A stretch of 63,793 nt of DNA, filler included, from Phoronis australis (lineage: Eukaryota > Animalia > Phoronida), in assembly GCA_002633005.1 (NCBI GenBank). It is 6 parts of 6 records of this genome, joined end to end, with 100 filler letters (N's around TTAATTAATTAA, not from the genome) between each part and the next. Parts side by side here need not be neighbours in the genome. Positions count along the whole stretch, not along the records: positions 1 to 15,902 come from NMRA01001518.1; positions 16,003 to 29,413 come from NMRA01000135.1; 4 more parts are not named here. The stretch is one strand, 5' to 3'. Shown in pieces: positions 12,886-23,800 of the stretch. Both the position numbers and the translations under genes were made by a program. Position 1 is the first letter of the stretch. Each line of letters opens with the position of its first letter. Below the pieces are notes generated by a model. That model searched no databases. It was not told where the DNA came from and worked only from the letters and a program-made list of their open reading frames with translations.

Positions 12886-14982
12886 CGCGCTTCTGTCGAC
12901 ACTTCTGAAGTAGCCAAGCATTTTAGATGGATTCACCACTGAAAGAGCAGTTCTATAGCTGATTTTTTAGGTAACTAGCTTCTTTACTCTAAGATATATT
13001 TTGATTTGATAAGGGGAAATACTGCGGTGCCGCAACCCTGATATTCAGGCGAATTGACGTGCAACGTTTTTACCTCGAGTCATCTGTCATGCCGTGTCAT
13101 TACACTCCACACGTTTGTAACTGATGTATAGTAAAGTTGTCTTGCGCAATATCATACGGTGTACATGTAATATTGTGTACATGTACATGTAATATTTTTG
13201 AAAAAAATCCTTTTCCGAAGAATTGCTATTGTGGCTGGCGCCGTGGTCTGGTCGCGAGTCCGTTGGAAGACACACTCTATAACAAGTTATGTCTATACAA
13301 GGAATGACCAAGGGGGCACTTACATTGAGAAAGTGACCGCATTTGCGAAAAGTGTACAGTACCAGAAATTGCGGGGAGGCTGTTCTTTCACAACAAAATC
13401 TTGTGAGGTTCAATAGGTCTCCTAAGGAGCCCTAGTTCCGACCTCAACACCTACCGTCTGTCTACCAGCAATAAGCACACTGCCGTCTTCTAAACTGAGA
13501 ATTTCCGCAGAAAGGCTCACCCGATGAAACGCTCATGCCCATGGGCATTTATTTGATATTAGTACTTCGGGTTTCGTTTCAAGCGTTCAGACATTGGGAC
13601 GTTTATTTCGAAAATTGCAAGAGATGCAAATAGGTCGTGGCCCCTGGGATGCTTCGTCAAGGTTTGAAGTAGTCCATGATGAACGGATCAAATTTAGTTG
13701 CGCATGTAAGTCTTTTGAATGGACTTGGCAACCTCAAGGGTCTTAGTGTCAACTGAGCCGCGAAACGAGATGCTGACATTGTAGAGACTTACAAGCTCAT
13801 TGGCACAGCAGTTGACGAAGTGCAAGCGTTGGGAACAAACATCGAAGATATCTGGGTAGAATGTTTCCAAGACGAGAAAAAATGGATCCGATATACAAAT
13901 TCCTCGGCAGTCTAGACAACAGAAGGATAGGACTAACGTATGAGTAACCACTGGGGATTAAAATTTTAGAGAGAAGTTTTCAATTCAAAATTTTTTGCAT
14001 AGTACACTTTAGGACTCGCGACGGACCAGCTTGATTTGTGTAGATGTTGAGTTTCAGTGTACTTCTGGTCCCTCGGCGAACTAGTCTTGTGATTTTTTTT
14101 ACCAAAGTGTGCTTTGTAAAACTATTTATCTCAGCCAGTACCGTTTGGTCCCGCGACAGATCAACTATTTTATAGGGATAATAAGCACAGGTGTACTCTT
14201 GGTCTCGTGACGGACCAGGTCAGCTTTTTGTGTACTCTCAGTGTACATCTGGTCTCTCTGCAAACTAGTCCAGTGTATCTTTTCACCACTGTGCACAGGA
14301 TATTTTGATTTCGTGAAACTGTTTTCAGATGATTTGTTTCCTGATAGATTTGACGTTTTTCAATTGTTGTCATCGTGATTCAGCTTAATAAAGTGATACT
14401 TAATTATTTATTGTCGCTTTTAATAATAGACTATGAGTTGAGAGCACCATCGTTCGCCAGTTTTTCTCGTAACGAGACAGAACACATGTTTATTTCCGGA
14501 CTAACAGTACAGGTCTTCGTTCTTAAACAACTTGAGACTGCTATTACGCGATCATCTGATATTCAAGTTTTTACGCCCCGTCGGTGCTTCTTAATCATGC
14601 TCTTGGATATTTGGAAATTGTCTAAACCCCTGTATACACACCACACTTTTTCGTATACGACTTTTCGTATGCTAAAAAAGGTGTGTGTGTAAGCAGATGT
14701 GCACAATATGGTTTCACGAAACTTATGTGCCAAGTTCATGTGACGAAATCGAGAAGGGTTTTTAGTTATCTTAAGAAAAACTCCAGAGACATGTTAAGTG
14801 TCAGAAACTTACCAGGATGCATGGAAATTTCACTATTTGGCTACAAAAACAAAAAAATATCTTACACGGGAGGGGAAACCCCCCTCCCCGGCCCGACCTC
14901 CCTCCGCTCGGCGCCACCCGCCTAGGATTCGACTTTGGCGGGAATCCTAAACCCCCTTGCTGAAAACGTAGATCCGCCACTG
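12886..14982 (+). mobile_element. Decayed hAT transposon (ZMYM1/THAP12-like transposase relic), 5'-truncated copy
   Basis: Collinear over about 2.1 kb with 36138-38168. Right TIR CGTAGATCCGCCACTG. Frameshifted plus-strand peptides RNDQGGTYIEKVTAF, TR*NAHA and LKGLSV..KRDADIVETYKLI..IPRQSRQQKDRTNV resemble the hAT transposase core. Confidence 0.75.
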
Positions 14983-15902
14983 CAAAGGCGACGGTCATTG
15001 CCTACCAGAAGTTTAGCTTATCAGGCGTTCTCGGCGTGAAACATACCGGTACATATAATTATGTGGAAGAATCAAACAAGAGCTACAATATTTCCCCTAG
15101 CCAGCCTGCTAGTTGTATGAAGACTATCGTCAAAATATTTTGTAGGGCCTACCAAGGCTACATATTTCCAAAATGTAGGTTTCATGACTGATCTTGCGTT
15201 ATAACGTAATACCAAAATAACAATCTTAGCATCAGTTTTGCCAAGAGTAGGCCTACAAGCAGACGACGACGTAACGTGTTTTTCAGTCTAAAGTAATCCT
15301 GATAATGCGATTGAATTAGAAGCGAAGCGTGCATATTGTAACACGAATTAGAATATGGATGACAACAGTATTTCACTATTGTTTTATCGTAGACTTGGCG
15401 ACAGCGTTAATTCGATAAACAAGCATAAATCCAACTTGTTTTTTGGACTCTCGGCGTGGTTCTCGCATAGTGTCTCCACGGACATTGTCGAAAAGTGGAG
15501 TAAGTAATAAATATTGAGCTTCCCTTATCTTTCTTGACGGAACGGCAGTATCTGGCAACTAACTGTCATTCTTAAACTGGAATGCACCATGACTGTTCGC
15601 TAAAATTTTTTACTAATATGTTTTTTTCATTGTTCATTGATCTCGGGACGTGATCCTTCATTCTATTCAGTTTTTGAACAACTTTCAGTACAGCACTACA
15701 GGTCTTCGCATAAGTGCGTCAGAATTTTTCATAGGTCTCAAGTCTAGGGAATGGCCATTTCAAACCGAAAGCAACAAACTTCTGTAGATTTGTACCGGCA
15801 CCATGCACTCTTCAGTGACCATTGAAAATGGCATAGTTGCTGGTGCCCAATCTTGGGATTGTTCTAAAACCGCCTCGACCCCCACACCCCTGGACCCACA
15901 AC

Positions 15903-16002
15903 NNNNNNNNNNNNNNNNNNNNNNNNNNNNNNNNNNNNNNNNNNNNTTAATTAATTAANNNNNNNNNNNNNNNNNNNNNNNNNNNNNNNNNNNNNNNNNN
16001 NN
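15903..16002. other. Artificial contig spacer N44-TTAATTAATTAA-N44
   Basis: Exactly 100 nt with a six-frame stop linker in the centre; identical design at five sites. Confidence 0.97.
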
Positions 16003-16085
16003 CCCGGTCGGCGCCACGCGCCTCGGATTCGACCTTTGCGGGAATCCTAAACCCTTTCCTTACTGAAAACGTAGATCAGCCACTG
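16003..16085 (+). mobile_element. Right end of the same hAT element (third copy)
   Basis: GGATTCGACCTTTGCGGGAATCCTAAACCC..GAAAACGTAGATCAGCCACTG matches 14925-14982. Confidence 0.75.
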
Positions 16086-17404
16086 CCTGAGGCCCTGAGG
16101 GAGAGTAATCATCTAATAAATTGCCAGTGGCAGTGGTCCACGTTCTCACTGCAAGACTGCATAAAACGGTCCTTGGGTTTGAACTGAAGTTCTGTGGTCA
16201 CTCACCATAGCACGGCACTTAGTATACACGCAAATGAGAGAAAACGCAACAAATTTCGTTATTTCCAAGCCAACTGACCAGACTAAGAAATGTTCCATCA
16301 ATTAAGCAAAAGAAAATTGCTCAGGGTTTACTGAGACACTATGCCCAGGTGGCCACTCGTTGTTTGTGGGCCACTGCCTTTGACCTACTTATTATCAATA
16401 GAGGTCAATCACTAATAAAGCACCTGAATGTTATCGCTTCAGTTGGCGTTGTTCCAGCTAAATGACCGCCAATTTGACCAGACGTTCCTCTTTGAATATA
16501 TTAGAAGTTTTTTTTGTAAGTCATTAAGCGTCTTGTGCGCAAAAAATTCATAATTACGCTAAATAGTTTGGTTTCAAGAATAACCCAGAAAGAGACCTCT
16601 CTCGGAAGCTTCGCACTTTGGTAATGCACGATATTTTTGAAAAGTTGTCATTTCTAGTAGTTTAATTAGCATTTTTATTATAACCTAATGTAAGATGTTG
16701 TTTGCGAATTCGCATTTTACAAGGAGTAGATTTCGTGGTTGAATTGAAATATTTCCATTTGTGTTTAATTACACCTTTCACAGTTCACGTTGTGAACTGA
16801 CCGTGTCAGACACCGGCTCCCGCCACCGCGATTACAGCGTGGAGATCAGAAACCAGCAGAATCAAGTCTCAAATATTGGAAGAACTTCTCCCGACCTGGT
16901 GAATTCTCCTGCTTGTGAGAAAAAATTTCTCATGATCTTTAGAAATTCTCCCAGTTGGGGGAACAAATTTCACAACTTGTAGAGGGTAAAAAGTTCAAGC
17001 GGTAATTAATTTTGTCTTTCACTGAGTCGATTGAGTGCAGTTTCCTGTGCTGTAATCATGGACATTATGTCAATGGCCTGGTCGATTCAGTGTGATAGAA
17101 TGATCACCTCTTTTCAGCTCTTGCTGAACGAAATAACCTGGCAGTACTGTAAACCAGCAACCATAGATAATTTACATCACTGTGCAATCAAACACTACAA
17201 ACCATGATGACACCTTGAACTTTTTAAAATGTTTCGAATTCATGAGCGACCAAAGGCAAATCAAATTTTCTGAGTATTGCAAAAAATTTCCCTGAACCAA
17301 AACAAAATCCCCCCAGGAGGCACAGGCATCTTTCCAGTACGGAGAATGTGGACCTTGAAAGAGATTGTTTATATTATTTCAATCTTTGGTAATAGTCAGA
17401 TATA

Positions 17405-17600
17405 CATGGGTCCCTGATTTGAGAACCAGTTACTCCCACTGATTAATGCCTGTTGTTCAGTGGTAGTTACTGGTTTTCAAATAAATCAATTTTAAATCCG
17501 GGACCTATCTATCTCACTGTTGCCAAATACATGGGTTCCAGTAGTTACGCCCACTGAATAACGCCGGTTATCAGTGGCAACTGGTTCTCAAATCAAGTTT
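17405..17600. repeat. Two copies of a small hairpin element (CCAGTTACTCCCACTGAATAACGCC)
   Basis: Palindromic TTTGAGAACCAGTTACTCCCACTGA..TCAGTGGTAGTTACTGGTTTTCAAA. Another copy at about 39161-39215. Confidence 0.55.
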
Positions 17601-17846
17601 AAATCAATGACTCGTCCTTCCAACTTTTATCCAGTCTTTGAAAGCTCATAGTGAGAGTTAGACTGTATGGTTTTTGGAATCAAAGTAGAACATATAATGG
17701 GAAAATTTGGAACCATGTTGGAAGATATGCAGATTCCTACATGGTTTGGAACATGACTTCTGATTTGCTTATCTATTGTTATTTCCATTTGAACATCCAG
17801 CAGTTGTTCATGTTTTCATCCCATTTCCCCCTTTGTAGGTAGCACC

Positions 17847-20800
17847 ATGCCCCCTCGCAAGAAGCCTGCATCCTCGCCAGCCCCAGGCAGGGCGACACGC
17901 AGTAGTTCACGTAAGAGAGCTGCCAGCCCATCGCCACCCCCTCCTCCGCCGCCTGCAGCTAGCCGAGCAAGAAGTCGCTCCACCAAGAAGCCTGAGCAAA
18001 GTCCCTCTCCTTCGAAGTGAGTGGAAAGTGCATCTCAATTTGTTGTGACCATTGCAAAATTGAATAGAAAATTGGACACTCCTCACAATGGTCATAACAG
18101 TAAACACAATAATGTAGTTTGTGCTATTCAGATCCCAACCAGTATAGACGGTTCGGACTTAACTATTGCAAAATGGATTGTAGTACAGCACAAATTTATT
18201 GGGTGTTGGCATGAGAATTTGGTTTGGTTTACGTACATTTTACGTTGTGAGGAGCATGACATGATAGCTGCCGTGAGAGCTTTACAAATTTATCAGAAAC
18301 ACCAATAACTGCTATTAGGTTATTAATTTATCATTTTTACAAGAATGTATTATACTTCTATTTTTAATTGTTCTGAACATAAGCAGACACAAATTCTTAT
18401 TTCAAATGCCCTCCACTTTTCTATTCCGATCTTACTGAAACAGCCCATTTGTTTAAGTGCATTATTTTCATCCTAGACGAGGCCGTGGTAAGCAAGAAGT
18501 CAAGCCCCCTGCCGAAGAGCCTCAAGAGACCCCCACTCGAGTTCGAGGGCGCAAGGCTGCAAAAGAACCAACCCCTGAGGTAGTAAGCGTTTTTTTTTTT
18601 TCATTCCCACATATACAGTACACATGTGGGTGCCCATTGGCTTCACCTTTTTTTTTCATTCCCGCATATACAGTACACATGTGGGTGCCTATTGGCTTTA
18701 CCTTTTTTTTCATTCCCGCATATACAGTACACATGTGGGTGCCTATTGGCTTCACCTTTTTTTTTCATTCCCGCATATACAGTACACATGGGGTGCCTAT
18801 TGGCTTTACCTTTTTCTGGACATCCGGCATCCGCTGCTGTATCTTCTAAACTCCTTGCAGGATCTTTTTGAAACGCAGTACATATGTTCTAAGGGAGCTG
18901 GCTACAGACGACAACTTTTGGACAGATCCAAATGTGCCCCCTTGTGGCAATTTTAGATTTTTAGATTAATGTATCTACCAACTGAAGGTCCTTGGTGCTT
19001 GGTGAAATTTGGCACAAATAATTGTCTTTTGAGGTGACAACAATACTTACCCAATATCAGATGGATTTGACATTTTCTGTGCCCTTGGGTGACGATTTTC
19101 ATTATTCTTTAGTATCCTTGGTAATCAATTCCATTTTGTTGTGAACTTGGCACATCTGTTTTTATTAAGGAAAGCAGAACTGACGTTGATTTTGGGATGG
19201 AACTGACTACAGAAACACCTATGTGGCAGTTTTGTTTTTTTTTCATATGCTTTAATATCTTCCAGTTGTTGATGAACGTTCATGAAATTTGTTTTCTGTT
19301 GAAGAGAGCACGACTAAAGTTGAAGTTGTTTCAGGATGACTGACTATTGGGGCATCCTGGAAATTTAGGTTGTCTTAGTGTGTGCCTCAATTTATACCAA
19401 GTTCCCTGATAGATCTTCGTAAATTTGGTTTGGGAATTACTATGAACAAAATGACAGGACCTGTCCAGTTTCAGACAAATTTATGTGTTTTTACTTTTTA
19501 CCCCTCACAATTTATGTTATTTTACTTGAATAATCCTGAAAGTTGGGAGATTTGATGCTATTGAGAAGAGCATGGCTGACATTAATTTTCAGCTGTTCTA
19601 TTGTGCCTCGAGTGGTGATTTTAATTTTTTTGCTTCTGCGTCAATTTGCAATTTTTTGATGGATCACGAAATTTGGCATATTTTTTGCTATTGAAGAAAG
19701 CCTGGACAGGTGTGACTATTGTGGTGTGTCCCTGTGACAATTTGTCATTGTGTTTGCCTTGTCTGCCAATTTCTTTGATGGCATGCTGATTTCTGATGGA
19801 TCCAACTACCTTAGAACTATTTGAAAAAGCAAGCACTCCTTATTCCGTTACAGTTTCCTATGCTCACAGTGGGCACACACCAGTACTCTGTTGCTCTTGT
19901 TAATGATTCCATTTTGTGGAATTGGTGCTTCTTATTTGACTGATTGGTCATTTTCAGCAGATGAAATGTACAAAGTGCTTTTTATACACATTTTGTTGTG
20001 AAAAACATCACCTCATCCTGCATTCATTTTTTGTACTTTTCAAACTATTCTGTTTGCAGTCAAGCATAGTTAAAAGAAATTGTCGATAAAAAACTGCAGG
20101 TTTGGAGGGAATTACGAGAAATTATTATGAACTTTCATGATACCAATTGTTTATTGTTGCAGTCTTGGCTTCTAACTGTTTCACACAACATTTATTGATT
20201 TGTAGAAAACTTCGTCCAAAAGCAAGGGCAGAAAGCCAGCTGAGCCAGTTGAAGAGACTGTTACGTCGGGGCGGGGCCGGTCTCGTGGCAAAGCCTCTGC
20301 CCCAGAAAAAGCTACAGAACCAGCTAATGAACCAGATCTCCCTTCTCCCAAAGGTGGCCGCAAATCTAAGACGCCTTCAAAACCAGTGAAGGAAACACCT
20401 AAAAAGACTCCATCCCCGAAGAAGACTCCTCCAGCAAAACAGCCCACCCCGAAGAAAACACCCACACCTAAGAAAGAAAGTCCTTCAAAGAAACCTTCAT
20501 CACCCAAAAAGTCACCGTCACCACGAAAAACGCCGCAGAAGGCAACCCCTGCAAAGTCACCAGTAGTTGTTCTTGAAACAGACAGAAGTGGGTCAAAGAA
20601 GCGTAAGAGGGAAACGTTAGAGGAGACGGAGAGTAAGAAGGCTAAAGTAGAGGAAGATGTTCCTAGTGATGTGGTTGCAGAAGAAACTGCACCAGGAACT
20701 GGTGATGTTGCTACTGATGTGGACAGTCAAGTACAAGACAATGTTCAAGAACCAGCTGATGTACCTGAAACCATGGAGACATCTGAAGAGGAAGATGTGC

Positions 20801-23800
20801 AGAGAACAGCCGCAATACCTGAAGCCCCAAAGACATCTAATCAGACAGACACTGAAGAGACTACCAAGGTACCTGAGGCTATGGAGATGTCTGGAAAGGT
20901 GGAAGAACGTGAGCAAGAATCAGAGACAGTAGAACCTGAGAAGCCCAGCACTACAGAGGACAGTACCTCTGAGAAGGATGACGCCGATCAGCAAACAGAT
21001 GATGTTTCTGAAACTGGCGTATCTGGTGTTGTGGAAGATGAGAAGGAGTCGGCACAAGATGAAGACCTTAAAGAGGATGTAGATGCAGAAATTGATGAAG
21101 TTGAGGAAAAAATTGAGAAAGAGGAAGCATATACAGTTGGAGTTGAAGGTCTGCCTGCTGATGATTCTGAGAAGAAGGAAGACATCGAAATGGAAGATGT
21201 ATCTGTTGAGACGTCTGAAGAACAGGGTGAAGAAAGTATTGCATTGGTCCAAGAAGAAAGTGAAAAAGAATCACCTGGCCAGGAAGTGGAGGAATCTCCA
21301 ACCAGTGAACAGCCTCTTGTGGCGGATGCAGAGGAGGCTGGTGTTGAAACAAATGAGGAGCACAGTGATGAAGCAGTCATGACTTCACAACCAAGTGAAC
21401 CAACTACAGCAGAACCAGCTGAAGAAGAAAAAGAAGAAAAGGAAGAGGCTGCTATGACTATTGAAGAAGATACTGAGCAGCCAATAGAAGAGGTTACAGA
21501 GGCTGACCCAGCTGCTGCATCGGATGTACCTACTGACCAGCCTAACATGAGCGATTATGTGCTTGTTGACATGGGCGAGGTGCCACCTCCTGATAGTGAC
21601 GAGGTGCAGTCAGCTGTCCCCAGACAAAAGCCCGCTCCTGAAGAGGTGCCGGAACAGGTTAATAATGTCAATGGTGGCAGTGCTCCTGCCGTTGATAAGT
21701 TGCTGCTGTTTCAACGCAAGTTTGTTCCCAATCCCGAGGGTCCAGGTTCTGCTGACGAAAGTGGAAAATTCTCACTCGTTCAGTACAACATATTAGCTGA
21801 ATGCCACAGAAAACGTTCTGATTATTCATTCACTTCTGAAGAATTCCTGTCATTTCCATACCGCCATAACCGTCTCATGGAAGAGCTCGTATACTTGGAC
21901 GGAGACATTGTTTGCTTACAAGAGGTTGAACCTGGTTACTACGAGGAAACACTGGCTCCTAGAATGCGACAGTGAGTATTGGTTACTGACTGCTTAAACG
22001 CAAGGTTAAGGTTACAACTGCTCACCTGTTTTACAAAGGGTCACATTTCTTCAACTAATACCTTAAACACTTTTCAATCTATAAAAGGTCACAGAAAAAT
22101 ATGTGAACACATGACCATGTTTCTCCTGGTAATTCTCATTTTTTTCATGGCGAATGACTTCTACCGAATTCGTAAAACTTTTTGCTTGAAAGTTGTGAAT
22201 GCTATTCGTGCATTCCATTGATTACAAAATCATATCTCATATCTGTGATTTTCTTAGTAGTCTAGGAATGTTAGCTCAACAGTTGAGCTGTCAGAAACTG
22301 ACTTTAGAATCCCACACACTGTTACTTAGTCCAGGTTGCACACTTCCAACTCGAATCAATCAAGTCGGCGGCCAGTCACTCTACTTGTTGAAGCAATCCC
22401 TAAAATCCTTGAGATCCGTAGTTTTATGACGTGTAACTAGGAATAGTCACTTGTGTAGTAAAGAGCAGAAGATACCAGGGATTCCACATCATAACGTGAA
22501 CCAAAACAACGGTTTTGAATGACGAGTTTTGATGGGCATTTTTGACTTCCAAGTCCGCGGGTTAAACGGCCAAAAATATCGAGCGTGATTTTTTACCTGA
22601 TTTAGCAAATAAATGGATATTCCAAGTTTTGCACAAAAAGTTTCCTGTCTGGATATTACGGAAGGAGGCCCCCCCTCGTGAAAATCAAGTTTGAGAAAAA
22701 CGAAGATACGTGACAACACTCACCCTGGGCCCAGGCTCTAGTTTTTTGAACTGAAAATAAAACTTTGGTTTTTGCATGTTACATTCAACTTTTGTGTGAA
22801 CTGAAAATCTCTAGCTTTTACTCAAAATCTAGAGTTTTTACTCCAGTTGTAGCTAGAAACTAGGGGTCATCAAGTTCAAATTTGAACTAGTATCACTGAA
22901 CACTCATCTGTGTAAACCCTAATGTACTTGTGCTGTGGTCATTGATTTGTATTTACTGTGGGTGCTTATCACGGGCTCTTTATCGCTAGGCTTGGTTACG
23001 AAGGTTTGTTCAAGCGGAGAGTCAGGAATGATTACTTTCCCGAAGGAGAAGCAACATTCTTCAAGTCATCAAGATTCACTCTTGTCTCGTGTAGTTCACA
23101 TTCTCTGGCTGATTTGGCTGACAAGGTAATGCTTAATAATCTAGTTTATTCACTTGGTGGACAGCCAAGAACTTTAATTTACCTTTTTCAAAACACAACT
23201 CCCTGGATAAAGAGATATTTTGTTGTGTTAATTGTGGTTCCTTGGCCCTCATTTATTTGTGCCAGAAGTGCCGAGGCGGTCCACAAAATGGTCCGCATCT
23301 TTTTCGTGCAGTCTTCTCTTCCATTAAGCAAACACAATGAAACACAATATGTGTTGGTCAAGTGAAACAAGATGTGGGTCTTTTGTTTTGCCGTTTACGT
23401 TTGTTTTCTATTGTTCCATGCATAGAGCAGGGGAACAGTGAGTTACAAGTTGTAAAAAATGTCTCTCTGAGATGACCAGGACTCTGCATTCATCTTAAAC
23501 TCAAATACATGTGCCCACTAGGTGTAAATCCAGTTGGGCTTATGTACGAAAATCTTTGGTAGTCTTGTGTAACAGACTATCCTTCTTGGGCTGCTCTGTA
23601 CCTGTGTGCCTTTCTGTGGCAGGATGTTGATGAGACAGAACTGTCTGAGGATGTAAAACAGGCGGTGAAGAGTTTCCTGAGCCACTCGGCGGTTATCCTC
23701 ATCACCAAGTTAAAGTGTAACAACACTGACAAAGAATTCACGGTGGGAAATGTTCACATCAATTGGTCACAAGGCTTCAAACTGCCAGATGTCCAGTGTA

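Noticed and set aside
15947-15958. TTAATTAATTAA palindrome as a biological motif
   Set aside because: It is always centred in exactly 100-nt N blocks, so it is an assembly linker.
18457-18956. Repetitive hydrophobic ORFs (FFFIPAYTVHMWVPIG repeats)
   Set aside because: Translation of the intronic minisatellite; only 18477-18582 is exonic.
20181-21548. Antisense Ser-rich ORFs (20181-20507, 20988-21548 and others)
   Set aside because: Shadows of the low-complexity Glu/Lys-rich sense exon.
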